A stretch of DNA of 64,000 nucleotides from Myxococcales bacterium. GTDB taxonomy: Bacteria > Myxococcota_A > Polyangia > Polyangiales > Polyangiaceae. The notes beneath the pieces were generated by a model. It was not told the origin of the DNA, did no database searches, and saw only the letters and a list, made by a program, of their open reading frames with translations. Positions 49,001-58,435 of this stretch are shown piece by piece. Where the stretch lies: positions 1 through 64,000 of the forward strand of contig JAYTOU010000040.1 of assembly GCA_043747615.1 (NCBI GenBank), written 5' to 3'. Positions within the stretch are counted from its first letter, which is position 1, and each line of letters starts with the position of its first letter. Made by a program: the position numbers and the translations under genes.

Positions 49001-52000
49001 ACGTATCGAACGCCGACGCGTGATTGTCGACCGCGTCCTCGTAAAGACGCGAGATCCGGTGGAGGAGATCCACCTTCTGGAACGGATCGGTCGCGTGCTG
49101 GACCTGCACTTCATGAACGCTGATCAGCATCGGCCAGTTGCTTGCCGCTTCGTAGACCGGCTCGAGAACTGCTGCCGCGCCGAGAGGATCCTTGTCTCCG
49201 CTCTTGAGGCCCTCGAGGGCGCGCAAGGTGGGCTCGTGATCGGGCTGCTGCCCGAGTATGTCGCGGTAAAGCTCGACGGAGCGTGCGACGTCCTCGAGGC
49301 GCTTCTCGTAGAGCTCGGCGATCCGGTACTGAAAGCTGATCGCCTCCTGCTGGTCGGCGGTCATCTCGCTCTCGCGGGTGAGCACGCCCATCAGCTCCTG
49401 CCAAGACTGAGCTTGCTCGTAGAGCACGTCGAGCCTGGAGAGCGCTTGAAGGTCGTCGGGATCGAGCTCGAGGATCTTCTGATAGGTGTCGATTGCCTTC
49501 GGCACATCGCCGAGCTCGCGCTCGTAGACCGCGCCGACTTGGTAATAGATGCGCTTCTTCTCTTCCGCGTCGACGACGAGATCCGCTTTTTTGGCGTAAA
49601 TCCCCATCAAATCAGCCCAGCGTGAGAGGCCGAGGTACCGTTTGATCAGCGCGTCGAGAGCGCGGACGTCATCGGAGTCGAGCTCCAGCACTTTGTTGTA
49701 GACTGCAATCGCTGACTCGGGACGATCGAGGACGTCCTCCTCGATGGCTGCTGCCTGGAAGAGCGCTTCCTTCTTCTCGAGGAGGTGATCCAGGATCTCC
49801 GACTTCTTCTGAAGGACGAGAGACAGATCGGCGTAACGCTCCGTCGTGCGGAACAGGCGCTCGAGTGACTCGGCCGCCGGAAGGTTGAACGCGTCGATCT
49901 CCAGCACCCGGCGGTACAGGCTGATTGCCACTTCGACGTCTCGCAGGTCGTGCTCGTAGACACGCGCGCTCATCATGTAGAGCGAGCTGGCGAGGGTGGG
50001 CGGTTCACCGCTTGCGGCGCCCGCCGTCACGAGCTGCTCGGCGAGGCCCTGGAAGACCTGCGCGAGGTCCGCGAATCGACCGGTGGCGCGGGCCACGCGA
50101 TCGAGGCCTTGCTGGGTAACCTCGTTTGCGGGATCTTCTTTTAGTGCGCGGGCGAGCGTGGCAAAGGACGCGTTCAGGTCGCCTGCGGCGTCCTCGTGGA
50201 GCTGCGCCACCTGGTGAAGGAGCTCGACCCGGCGCGACGGATCGTCGCTCCGACGGACTTGCACTTCGTGGACGCCAATGAGCTTCGCGTAGTCCCCGAG
50301 GTGCCGGTAGAGCGGCTCGAGGAGATCGGCGATGGTCAGCTCGTACTGCGGATCGCGGCCCAATCGCTCGAGCGCAGCGAGCGCGGGAGGGTTCGAGGGA
50401 GCACGCTCGAGGATCGCGCGGTACCCTTCGATGGCCGTGTCAACTTGGCCCATCTCCGTTTCGCGCAGAGCGGCCAGGCGGAGCATGAGGGCGAGCTGCT
50501 CCTCGTCACCTGCGGCGAGCGCGAGCTGGGACTCGAGGTTCTCCGCGAGCTCCATCCACATCTTCTGTCGAGTGAAGAGGGCGTCGAGGGCCGCGAGGGC
50601 GCGAACGCTCGAAGGATCGAGCTCGAGCACCTTCTTGTAAGAGCCGACGGCTTCTTCGAGGTTCGACAGCCGCTGGTCGTAGATCTGTGCTTGCTGAACG
50701 AGCAAAGCTTCTTGGGCTTCGGGCTCGGCGGCCTGATCGATGCGCCGCTGGATGACTCCGATGAGGTCGGTCCATCGCTCCGTTCGGGTGAAGAGCTGCT
50801 CGAGGGCCGCGAGGGCCTCGACGTCGGTGGCGTCCAGCGACAAGACGTGGAGATAGCCCTTCGCAGCGTCGTCGATTTGACCGAGCCGCTCGTCAATCGC
50901 GGCAACGCGCATCCAGTAGTCACGCGCGAGCTGAGCATCGCTGAGGCTCTCGGCGATCTCTTCGTAGAGGGTTACGAGCTTCTTCCACGACTCGGACGTC
51001 GCGGCGATTTGCTCGAGCTCGGCCCGCGTTTCCGGAAGCGCGGGATCATCCTTGAGCGCTGCAGCGAGAGCATCGAATGCCCGTGCATAGTCTTCGAGAG
51101 AGCCCGCGCTGATTCGCGCGATCTTCCTCTGGAGCTGGACGCGCTTGAGCGTATCCGTCTCGCTCGAGCACAAAATTTCGAGTGACGAGATCAGCTTCGC
51201 CCAATCGTTTCGCTCTTCGTAGATCGACTCGAGGATCGCAGCCGCGTCGGACTTGAGAGTGGGGTGCGTGAGGAGAGCTTCGAGAGCCACCCGCGCTCCC
51301 TCGTGCTGCGAGTTGAGGAAGAGGATCTCCCGGTAATTCTCGAGTGCGCCTGCAGCGTCGTCGACGTGCTTCTCGAGCGTGGTCCCGAGACGGAACTTCA
51401 GATCGATGAGCTCAGCTTCGCCGTTGTCGAGCTCGATGCGCCGTCGCAACGTCTCGACGTAAGGTTCCCAGCGTTCGAGCTGACCGTAAAGAACGTCGAG
51501 GTGGGCAAGCGCGGGCGCATCGGTCGGCTCGTCTTCGAGCACCGCGTTGTACGTCTCGATTGCCTTGTCGACGTCTTTGATTTCGGTCTCGAAGAGCTTG
51601 GCGATCTCGTAGTTGATCTGCTTTCTCTGAACTGGATCCAGCGTCATATCCCGCTGTTTTTCGTAGATCCCCAGAAGGTCGGTGTAGCGCGAGGTCTGGC
51701 GGTAAAGACGCTCGAGGGCGGCGATGGCGAGAGCGTTCTCACCGTCGGCTTCGTAGACCGCGCGGTACGCGACGAGCGCGTCATCCACCCGCGAAACTTC
51801 GTCGACGAGGATACGGCCGAGCCTGAGACGCAAGGTCACGCCGAGATCGGCGTAGCCATCGGAGTCCGCCGAGTCGATCGCCCGTGTGTAGCTCTCGATC
51901 AACTTCTCCCAGCCGCCGGTGCTCTTGGCTGCACGCTCTACGTCGAGCGTCGCCTGCTCGTCGCCCGGGGCGATCTCGAACGCGGCGAGGTAACGATCGA

Positions 52001-54530
52001 ACGCTTTCTGCGGCTCCTTGACCTTGCCCTCGTAGAGAGCGGCCACTTCGCGCAGAAGCTGCAGCTTGGTCTGCGGATCTTCCTCGTGACCGAGCTTTAC
52101 CTCGATGACGTTGGCGAGCGCCTTCGAGTTGTTGATCGACGCATAAATGGGAATGAGGGCTTCGGCGGCCCTGAGATTTTGGGGTTCGAGCTCGAGGATC
52201 TTCTCGTAGGCCTTCGCGGCGCGATCGTTCTTCTGCTTTTTGTCCGCCCAGAGCTCGGCGATCTTGAACAGCAGGCCGATCTTAGCTTCCGTATTTGCTT
52301 CTTTCGCTTCCTGCTGCTCAAGGACACGAATGAACTCGTCCCACTTCCCGGACTCTGCGTAGAACACCTCGAGATCGTCCCAGCGGCCCAGCGCGAGATA
52401 CTTCTTTTTCAGCGCTTCTTGCGCTTTGCGATCGTTCGCATCGAGCAGAAGGAGTGCGCGCCATGCGGCGACCGCCCCCTCGTCGTTGTTCAGGCGATCG
52501 CCGTAGATCGTGCCTAGCTTGGTGAGGATCTGGATCTTCGCCGCGGGGTCGAAGGTGATCTCGGCCTGCTTCTCGAGCGCCGTCGCGAGGTTCTCGAATT
52601 CCTTCGCGCGTTCGTAGAGGACCACCAACGCTCCGAGTGCATCGGCGTTCGAGGCGTCACTGGCGAGGACTTCGTTCCAGAGCTCGATGCAGACTTCGGG
52701 CTTCTTCACCCGCTCGGTTGCGAGCTTTGCGATTTCGAGGAACTTCGCCGCGCGCTCCGGTCCTGGCGAAATCGATTCTGCTTCGCGCCGCTGCAGACCG
52801 AGCAGCTTCTCCCAGTCACGACGCTTCTCGTACATCTGCCGGAGGTAATCGATGGCCAACGCGTTGTCGGGCTCGAGGGCCACCACCGACTCGTAGGCCT
52901 TCACTGCCTCCGCCTGGTTGGCGAACTTCGTCACGTAGAGATCAGCCGCCTTCATGTAGAGGCTGACTTTTTCGCCCGGCTCGTCGACGAGCGTCGCGAG
53001 CTGGAGAATCGTCTTCACGTATTCGTTGAAGCGCTTCGCGCCTTCTTGCTTCTCGGCAAGCGCTTGCAGCTCCGCAATTTTCCCGTGACCGGCGGGCCCA
53101 GATGCAACGGGCGGCGGGGCCTCGGACGCGGCGACAGCGGGAGGCGGCGGCGCGACGGAAGCCGGAATCGGTTCGAGCGCGGGCGGAGGGACGGAGATCG
53201 CCACTTCGACTTCGGCGACCGACTCTGCGACGGGGTACGCGGTGGGACGAGAGGAGTGCGGAGACTCGTCGGCAACGGCGCGCACCGTGGGAATCGCTGA
53301 AGGCGGCGAGCTGTCCTTCCCCTTGGTGATCGTCACCGGAGGCGGGGCGAGCGACTCGAGAATAACTTCCACTCCAGCGTTACCCGACGGGCCTCCGCCC
53401 GCCTTGGGCGCGGTGAGCGTCTCTCCGATTTGCGCTTCGAAGGCGCGCAGCTGCGGGTGCTCGGGAGCAACGTCTACCAAGCGCTCGAACGACGTGCGCG
53501 CGCGGATCAGATTGCCCATCTCGCGCCACGCAATCGTCCCTGCTTGCACGAGGAGGAACGTTGCGTTCCCATTTTCACCGGCATCGACCACCGCGTCTTC
53601 CGCGATGGTGATCACACGGTTCCAGTCGCCGCCCTTTTTGCCATAGGCGTCTCGGAGGAAATGGAATGCGCCCTCGTTGCTCGCGTCGAGCTTGATCGCG
53701 TCCTCGAGGAAACGTGCGCCGACGTCGAGACTCTGGTGGCGCGATACCCAGCGCGTACCGAACGTCATCGCCAGCTTTGCCCGGGCGTGCCTGTCCGAGA
53801 CGGAGGTGAGGATCTCGATCTGCGCGGCTTCGAGCTGCTCGAGCTTGCCTTGCTCGGAGAGCGAGCCTTCATAGAGAGCTGCGGTCTGCTTCGAGAAGGC
53901 ATCCGCCGCGTACGCTTTTGCGAGCATGCCTTCCGCTTCTTCGGGAGCGAAGCGGCGGGTGATGCGCGCCGCGCGAAGAAAGAGCCGGCCTCTTGCGCGG
54001 GCATCGGCAGCGTCCGCCGCGAGTCGAAGGAGCTGGGCAACCTGCCCTTGCCAAGAGCCGCTTTCAGCCTGGACGTCTTCGAGGCACGCGCTCGACTCCT
54101 TGTTTTTTCCGCCGCTCGCCGCGAGGCTACGCGCGTACGTCGCGGTGGCCTTGTCGTAATCGCCGAGATCGCAGAACACGTCGCCGAGCTCGCAGAGGAG
54201 ATCGCTCGCGTGGTCGCCTTGCTGCGAGTTCTTGAGCTCGAGCTCGCAGAGCTTTTGAACCATGTTCAGCTTGCCCAGATCCCAATAGATCATCCGGGCC
54301 GCTTCGAGGCTCTCGAGCAAGGCGGGATTGAGCTTGAACGCGTCTTGGAAATGCTTGAGCGCTTTTACGCCCGCCAAGAACTTCGTTTCGAGAACACGGC
54401 CGAGACGCAGATGGTACGCCGCCTTCGCAGCGTTTTGCCCTGAGCCGGCGATGCCCTTCTCGAGCTCTTCGATGAGCCCTTGCCAATCTCGATTGGTCTC
54501 GAGGTACGAAATACGCTCCTGAAGATCCAT
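43008..54530 (-). CDS. agmK: Giant TPR gliding-motility protein GltI/AgmK
   Basis: 3840 aa of TPR-like repeats (AL.ALERLY...W..L), located downstream of gltD-G. Confidence 0.85.
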   Translation of the reverse strand: MDLQERISYLETNRDWQGLIEELEKGIAGSGQNAAKAAYHLRLGRVLETKFLAGVKALKHFQDAFKLNPALLESLEAARMIYWDLGKLNMVQKLCELELKNSQQGDHASDLLCELGDVFCDLGDYDKATATYARSLAASGGKNKESSACLEDVQAESGSWQGQVAQLLRLAADAADARARGRLFLRAARITRRFAPEEAEGMLAKAYAADAFSKQTAALYEGSLSEQGKLEQLEAAQIEILTSVSDRHARAKLAMTFGTRWVSRHQSLDVGARFLEDAIKLDASNEGAFHFLRDAYGKKGGDWNRVITIAEDAVVDAGENGNATFLLVQAGTIAWREMGNLIRARTSFERLVDVAPEHPQLRAFEAQIGETLTAPKAGGGPSGNAGVEVILESLAPPPVTITKGKDSSPPSAIPTVRAVADESPHSSRPTAYPVAESVAEVEVAISVPPPALEPIPASVAPPPPAVAASEAPPPVASGPAGHGKIAELQALAEKQEGAKRFNEYVKTILQLATLVDEPGEKVSLYMKAADLYVTKFANQAEAVKAYESVVALEPDNALAIDYLRQMYEKRRDWEKLLGLQRREAESISPGPERAAKFLEIAKLATERVKKPEVCIELWNEVLASDASNADALGALVVLYERAKEFENLATALEKQAEITFDPAAKIQILTKLGTIYGDRLNNDEGAVAAWRALLLLDANDRKAQEALKKKYLALGRWDDLEVFYAESGKWDEFIRVLEQQEAKEANTEAKIGLLFKIAELWADKKQKNDRAAKAYEKILELEPQNLRAAEALIPIYASINNSKALANVIEVKLGHEEDPQTKLQLLREVAALYEGKVKEPQKAFDRYLAAFEIAPGDEQATLDVERAAKSTGGWEKLIESYTRAIDSADSDGYADLGVTLRLRLGRILVDEVSRVDDALVAYRAVYEADGENALAIAALERLYRQTSRYTDLLGIYEKQRDMTLDPVQRKQINYEIAKLFETEIKDVDKAIETYNAVLEDEPTDAPALAHLDVLYGQLERWEPYVETLRRRIELDNGEAELIDLKFRLGTTLEKHVDDAAGALENYREILFLNSQHEGARVALEALLTHPTLKSDAAAILESIYEERNDWAKLISSLEILCSSETDTLKRVQLQRKIARISAGSLEDYARAFDALAAALKDDPALPETRAELEQIAATSESWKKLVTLYEEIAESLSDAQLARDYWMRVAAIDERLGQIDDAAKGYLHVLSLDATDVEALAALEQLFTRTERWTDLIGVIQRRIDQAAEPEAQEALLVQQAQIYDQRLSNLEEAVGSYKKVLELDPSSVRALAALDALFTRQKMWMELAENLESQLALAAGDEEQLALMLRLAALRETEMGQVDTAIEGYRAILERAPSNPPALAALERLGRDPQYELTIADLLEPLYRHLGDYAKLIGVHEVQVRRSDDPSRRVELLHQVAQLHEDAAGDLNASFATLARALKEDPANEVTQQGLDRVARATGRFADLAQVFQGLAEQLVTAGAASGEPPTLASSLYMMSARVYEHDLRDVEVAISLYRRVLEIDAFNLPAAESLERLFRTTERYADLSLVLQKKSEILDHLLEKKEALFQAAAIEEDVLDRPESAIAVYNKVLELDSDDVRALDALIKRYLGLSRWADLMGIYAKKADLVVDAEEKKRIYYQVGAVYERELGDVPKAIDTYQKILELDPDDLQALSRLDVLYEQAQSWQELMGVLTRESEMTADQQEAISFQYRIAELYEKRLEDVARSVELYRDILGQQPDHEPTLRALEGLKSGDKDPLGAAAVLEPVYEAASNWPMLISVHEVQVQHATDPFQKVDLLHRISRLYEDAVDNHASAFDTYARALALDNGNELTLQNLERLAMVVNRWPEVAALYDAELDKLADNPERFVELGLRTAQIFEVQLEDVDNSIIRYRRVLEIDAENQNAIRALDRLFVQTSRWKDLAHILSRESEIGQTPDEILEFKYRLGQVQQLRLNDLDAAIAAYRDVLNAAPEHVATLEALEVLFGTGVKQLEIAEILEPLYRATGEWEKLSRVYEAQLTHIPATAGEGPGGLSIGGEEERLAAYYRIAELYEEKLLDNASTLNVYLRSLKEYPLDERTGEDAPRLAATVDGGWETLANSYADVLGAHSDPGVQRAIGKRLAKTFEDELGDITKAEETYKYVLSVEPLDVDALANLDRIYLSIESWADLGAILEMRVKATTDKLELVDLYARLGEIYEERLNQTADSIRSYRRIFDDLDKTHEGAVAALGRIFAQLGNWVELNNVFERELANASGDVAEAEIRAKIAHLASDKLAEPQRAIDTWKIVLDLRGEDPEALLALSNLYDTQQLWRELVEILERQFEIAPSDDDRVNILTRRARIFSDKLQKDELALEDWNRVLDIDYANLAALRSISAIRRRQQDPAELVAALHQMVDRASTLLDEDQLKEIFRELGKTYGEQLQQPFDAADAWRKLLEVGPDFEAMDALEAIYRSEEKWTDVIDVKMQRAGALADPLEKVEEFRTVAFIWTETLLEPDSATLAYQKILEVEPTSDEAFVELEKRHTTASRWEPQIELYLGRLESREEAAEKTELLRKIARVFEEHLDDKNQALDALINALGEDFHDRETAKYLERMAQATGRWGEVIQTANTWLKEQTDPKQKIRLCLHLAKWYGDDLGHPEFAQPYYAQIVQLDPNNVGALRQMGQLYRKSANWQQLGATLTRALDVAIADVDRKEIMTELGELLDSQMSQTDQAISYFQRALEVDPQYIPALENLERIYGAKGQNRELVDVLQRKVPALTDPVQIATTKLRVGSLYETNLNDPTKAAVVYREVLDVDAANLQGMRGLARVYELLNQWAELVKILEAQLDVVATERERIDVLMHLANMQEEHFLKADIAAQRLEQVLEIDANHEEAYFALERNYRKLRQWLELINAYERHVAATVDRKTKAGLYGAIAQVYADEVEDVERAIDAYRNIVDLDETNIPALDALSKLYDKQGDANQSIEFMTRVADLTQDTKQRVESFYRIGKAHDEKLGDRVAAQDRYEMALDLEPAHLPSLTALRLIAIDNADFDKAARYLDQEQSYTTAPRPRAKLLVELGRLREESLGDHDSAVLAWEAAHEADDENEDAALPLVDEYITREIWDKAEPLLDLLVRKAGKRERGEQHELQNKLGIVTSALGKDDKAFKAYSAAHQLDLTDQATIRGLAEVSFRLKDWGGALTNFQKVLTSLGESETEARADVYFKLGCIKREQGQAKQAINNFERALGVDAAHRPTLEALVSLYFELKDWKQVVAYKRQILDNVFDGEERFKVLLEIGDIWQDNDKSPLKSIEALEEARDINPSHHVLLHKLLALYQATENWAKMIDTIATIADMEKDPGRKSKFLYTMAQIYRDKEGDQDRAVELFNEALDLNPTFLEAFERINKILTSKKDWKALERAFRKMLRRLSAANASNPELEYNLWHNLGLIYRDRLSDTNSAIEAFKMATRFKPDEAVERQILAELFESTDQMEAAIGEHAIVLQKDPMRVDPYRSLYKLYLKQHEYDRAWCMCAALAFLHKADEEEQRFFEDYRPRGMIQVKSRLDNEQWIKNLFHKDENLFVGKIFEMITPAAIVAKTNQLRGARQLPVLDKRFKQDPATSTVTFAKTFGWAAQVLGVPLPELYVRNDVAGALVAVPASPPASVAGQTVLTGFTPQELTFIVGKHLSYYRGEHYIRNLFPTLNELKVMLFSAIKIVMTDFAVPAEMAQAVGQTTAELVKHMQPIQRDSLRIVVQKFVQDGAKADLKRWMQTVEVTSARAGLLLCADLEIAKKIIAAEPQLPGDLPPADKLKELIIFSVSEQYFTLRKTLGIAVG

Positions 54531-54785
54531 GGAATCCTGTTCGGCGAGGCGGTTATTTCAACCGGTACGGCACGGCAGCATGACGACGACCGCAGCGAAA
54601 ATACGCTGGACGCGCCCGAGTTCGGAAGGCCAAGGTATCAGACCGGCCATGGCTCTGAGGAGCCTTGATCACAAGATATCGACTGGAGATTGCGGAGCAG
54701 ATCGTTCGCCGACTTGCTCTTGACTTTTCTATGCGAATTAGACCGCGTGATGCGTGTCACGCGGCAGAGTCTGGCGAGTGGCCGC

Positions 54786-55697
54786 CTAAAGTGTGCCGCC
54801 GAGCTGCTTGACGATCTCTTGAGCTTGCGTGCACTCGTCCTCGAACCGCTTGGCCGCGCCGCCGCGGCAGACGGTTTTCGAGAAGGCCGTCAGCTGCTGA
54901 ATTGCCTCATTTTTCCGGGGTGGAGAGGTCTTCGAGTACGCGGCACCGAGATTGAAAAAGGCTATCTGCTGGCCTTTTTCATCGCACTTTCCGCACGCCT
55001 TACGGGCCGCCTCGAACTCGCCGACCGCGCCGGAGATGTTTCCCTTCACCTCTTCGACTTCGCCGATGAGGGAGTGGATGATGTAGCCGTTCTTGTCGCC
55101 TTCCTTCACGAAGCCGAGCGCCTCTTTCAGAAGCTGCGCAGCCTGGTCGTAGTAACCAAGGCGAATGTAGAGATCGGCTGGCGGGCCGTAGAAGGAGAGC
55201 TCGTCGGGCTTGGTCTCGATCGCCTTCGTGTAATTCTGGAGCGCGCCCGCTTCGTCATCGAGGTGCAGGAGCACCTGCCCGAGCTCGAAGTAAGAATCCG
55301 CGATGTTCGGATCGAGCTTCATTGCCGTGGTGAGCGGCTCCTTCGCGTCTGCCCAGCTGGTCGGGCCCTTGATGGCCTGTTGCTCGAGGGCGTAGCCGTG
55401 GAGGAAGTAGTAGTTCGCGTAGGTGGGCGCGAGCTTCTCGGCCTTCGCGCAGGTGCTAGCGGTTTTCTCCCAGTCCTCTTTCGCCTGGTACGCGGTCGCG
55501 AGCTTCCAGAGGATGCGGCTGTTCGTAGGGTCGAGCATCGTTGCTTGCTCGTACTTAGAGATGGCGCCGGCCATGTCCCCTTTGCGCGCCTTGTCGCCCT
55601 CGTTCGAGAGGTTGACCGCTTCGATGTTGTTGCGACTACAAGCCGCGCCCAAGAAGAGCGTCGCCCCGAGCAACCCGAGCATCCATCCTGTTCGCAT
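54786..55697 (-). CDS. TPR lipoprotein within the glt cluster
   Basis: Lipobox LGAAC; multiple TPR repeats; start uncertain (55697 or 55733). Confidence 0.8.
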   Translation of the reverse strand: MRTGWMLGLLGATLFLGAACSRNNIEAVNLSNEGDKARKGDMAGAISKYEQATMLDPTNSRILWKLATAYQAKEDWEKTASTCAKAEKLAPTYANYYFLHGYALEQQAIKGPTSWADAKEPLTTAMKLDPNIADSYFELGQVLLHLDDEAGALQNYTKAIETKPDELSFYGPPADLYIRLGYYDQAAQLLKEALGFVKEGDKNGYIIHSLIGEVEEVKGNISGAVGEFEAARKACGKCDEKGQQIAFFNLGAAYSKTSPPRKNEAIQQLTAFSKTVCRGGAAKRFEDECTQAQEIVKQLGGTL

Positions 55698-55748
55698 GCG
55701 CGGGAGTCTAGACAATCGCGTTCTGGGTTTCAACGCGCTTCAACGAGT

Positions 55749-57890
55749 TCAATCGCCCGGATTGAAGATGATCGGATAGACGACCGTGACGATGCCGCCT
55801 TCGGGCTGCGGGAACGAAAGGTTACCGAAGCCGCGAACGACGCACGACACGACTGCCTGATCCGGAAGGTCCGACCCGCCGTCCGACGCAGTAGAGACGC
55901 TGCCCGTTCGATCGATGACGAACTTCACCGCGACGCGACCCTGGAGGTTCGGGTTGGTGCGCATTCCGTTCTCGTAGCAGAGGCGGAAGCGCCCGAAGTT
56001 CTGACGAACGATACGCTGGATGACTTCCGGCGGCAGGCGGCCGTTGACCTGCGTGGCACCCTGACGAATGCTCGGCGCACGCGTCTGGTGAGCGCCGCCG
56101 AGGCGACCGTGACCGTTGCCGAAGCCCTGGCCGTTTCCGGTGCCGGCGCCATGACCGATCGTTCCAATGTTACCGAGGCCGATGCCTTCGCCGCGACCGC
56201 CTCCGCCTTCGCCGACTCCCGAGAGGCCAAGGCCGCCTGCGCCGAATGAGTCGCCGATCGCGTCGCCCCACATGTTTCCGCGAGCAGACATCGGATCGGT
56301 TCCGAGCGAGTCTTCACGACCCCACGGGGCCGTCGGTGCGTTCGGATCCGCGCCGGTCGCCGTGCTGAGGAGACCGATCATTCCGAACTCCGCCGCTTCT
56401 TTCAACGCGGCCTGACGCGCAATGTGCGGATCGGGATTGTCTTGGGGACCCTGCACGCCGAACTTGTGTCCGGTCTCTTTGGTGTTCGGGTTCCCCATGG
56501 AGCCCTCTTCGCCCTTGGCGCGGGTACCGGTGCCGCCTTCTTTGTTGTCGGCGTTCGCGTCGGGCACTTGCTCGGTTTCTTTTTGCTCCTGCTCACGCTC
56601 GGCAGCGGCGTTGAGCAAGTGCTGCATCTTCAGAATCTGATCGCGATCGATGGCTTCGCTGTCGTCTCCGTTCATGCCGGGCATGAAGAAGGCGAGCGAG
56701 GCGACGATGCCCATGTGAAGGAGGAACGACAGCCCGATGAAGAGAAAGGCCGCAGGCTCCCACGACGCGAGCATTCCCGTCGCGATCGCCTTTCCGGCGT
56801 TGACGGCGCTCACCTGGAAAACGAGGCCCGAGCCTTCGAGCTCCATACGCGCCTTTGCGCCCGGCGGAAGATCGAACTCGTGCGCCCCGCTGAGCTCACT
56901 CGAAGGACGCGCTTTCCCGGACGCGATGAGATCGTGGAGCGTGATCTTTCCTTGTCCGGGGATGTCGACGGTGCCCGACGAGCGCGGCAGAATCACGAGG
57001 GTCGCGCTCCCGCCCCGGGCGAGAACGATCGGTGCGCGGGTGGTGCCGAGTGCTTCGCTCGGAATGAAAAAATCGCAGGTGATCTTCGGGCCCTGCTCTT
57101 CGCCTACGAAGAACGAGCGCGGCGGCGTGAGGTGCGAGACGTGAAGGACGTTTGCGCCCCACATGATCATGACCTCGACGGCGGCGAGGTGCGACGATTC
57201 GACCTCGTCCGGATTCACGTCCGGACCGCTCTTGATCATCGAGTACGTGTAGCTGCCAGGGGGCGCGTTCGGATCGACGTCGCTCTGGGGATCGGTTCCG
57301 TACTGCGGGGCTGCGGCGGCGACGAAGGGATTGCCCGCTGCGAAGGGGCTGGCCCCAGGAGGTGCCGCTCCCGCGAACGGATTCGCAGAGGCAAACGGAT
57401 TTGCGGATTGCTGTGCGGGTGCCGCCGAGGCTGCGAAGGGATTGCCAGCGGAGGGCGGTTGCGATGCCGGCGCGGGCTGCGACGGCGGACCAGGACGCTG
57501 CGACGGCGGCGGACGGTACGACGGCGCCACGGCGGCTGCCATGGGCGTCATCTCGGCGGCGGCCTGAGCGTAGTCGGCCTGCTCGAGCTGAATAAGCGTC
57601 GAGCCAATCTGAATCTGATCGCCCGGACGGATCTTGCACTTGTTCACGCGCTGTCCGTTGACGAGCGTTCCCGGCTCGTTGCCGAGATCGATGAGCGTGA
57701 TGTCGGCGGGCGAAGCGACCTCGATGACCGCGTGCATCCGCGACGCGAGCTCGTCGTCGACGCGGAGATGACTCCGCGGATCTTTACCGACCTTGACGAT
57801 GTCCTGAGCGATCGTGTCTCGACGAATCAGCTGATCGCCTTGGTACAGCGCAAACGTAAGCGCGACCTTCGCCTTGCCCTGGCTATCCAT
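55749..57890 (-). CDS. gltG: Gliding-motility protein GltG (FHA, TM, Gly-rich, TonB-C-like AgmX/PglI domain)
   Basis: N-terminal FHA (SRMHAVIE, DLGNEPGTLVNG); TM SFLLH; AKGEEGSMG; C-terminal FRLCYE..GRVAVKFVI..FPQPEGG. Confidence 0.88.
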   Translation of the reverse strand: MDSQGKAKVALTFALYQGDQLIRRDTIAQDIVKVGKDPRSHLRVDDELASRMHAVIEVASPADITLIDLGNEPGTLVNGQRVNKCKIRPGDQIQIGSTLIQLEQADYAQAAAEMTPMAAAVAPSYRPPPSQRPGPPSQPAPASQPPSAGNPFAASAAPAQQSANPFASANPFAGAAPPGASPFAAGNPFVAAAAPQYGTDPQSDVDPNAPPGSYTYSMIKSGPDVNPDEVESSHLAAVEVMIMWGANVLHVSHLTPPRSFFVGEEQGPKITCDFFIPSEALGTTRAPIVLARGGSATLVILPRSSGTVDIPGQGKITLHDLIASGKARPSSELSGAHEFDLPPGAKARMELEGSGLVFQVSAVNAGKAIATGMLASWEPAAFLFIGLSFLLHMGIVASLAFFMPGMNGDDSEAIDRDQILKMQHLLNAAAEREQEQKETEQVPDANADNKEGGTGTRAKGEEGSMGNPNTKETGHKFGVQGPQDNPDPHIARQAALKEAAEFGMIGLLSTATGADPNAPTAPWGREDSLGTDPMSARGNMWGDAIGDSFGAGGLGLSGVGEGGGGRGEGIGLGNIGTIGHGAGTGNGQGFGNGHGRLGGAHQTRAPSIRQGATQVNGRLPPEVIQRIVRQNFGRFRLCYENGMRTNPNLQGRVAVKFVIDRTGSVSTASDGGSDLPDQAVVSCVVRGFGNLSFPQPEGGIVTVVYPIIFNPGD

Positions 57891-57942
57891 CGTAAAAACC
57901 CTCTCTAGGAGCCGCTAGCTGCGGCCCGTGATCCAAATCCGA

Positions 57943-58218
57943 TTACAGATTTTCGACTGACTTGAGCATTTCGGGCACGAACGACGTCCGCGGCCGAATC
58001 AGCGTCGTGCGCACCGGGCCGGGACGAACGCGAATGGTCGCGTCGTTCGGGCCGAAGCCACCCGCGCTGAGCGGATCGTCGGAGAACTCGTAGCCGTAGC
58101 CGTCCTTCTTGTCGCCCGCGGGCGCGCCACCTGCTGCAGGTGCTGCTCCTTGAGCAAACGCGAATCCCGACACCGAAAGCAACCCCGCCATCACGCTCGA
58201 TACAATCAACTTTTTCAT
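57943..58218 (-). CDS. gltF: Gliding-motility protein GltF (CglF)
   Basis: Signal peptide; YEFSDD..LIRPRTSFVPEMLKSVENL; lies between gltE and gltG. Confidence 0.85.
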   Translation of the reverse strand: MKKLIVSSVMAGLLSVSGFAFAQGAAPAAGGAPAGDKKDGYGYEFSDDPLSAGGFGPNDATIRVRPGPVRTTLIRPRTSFVPEMLKSVENL

Positions 58219-58435
58219 GAGCACTCCTGGTTCAGATCCTCGACGGAACGGGGCTGATTACAGTGACAGTGTAGCCCCTGAGAGTCATCTCGGTCAACGA
58301 AAGTCCAACGCGATTCGTGATGGGCAAAGCATACAGACATGCCAATCACCCGAAGGTTCCCAGCAGAACGAACATAGCTAGCAGGGGCGGTCTCGTGCAC
58401 GCGGGGGGGGCGAAGCGGTGGGGTGACCGCCGGCG

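Noticed and set aside
58329..58344. Sigma54 promoter upstream of gltF (TGGCATGTCTGTATGC, minus strand)
   Set aside because: GG-to-GC spacing is 11 nt rather than the required 10.
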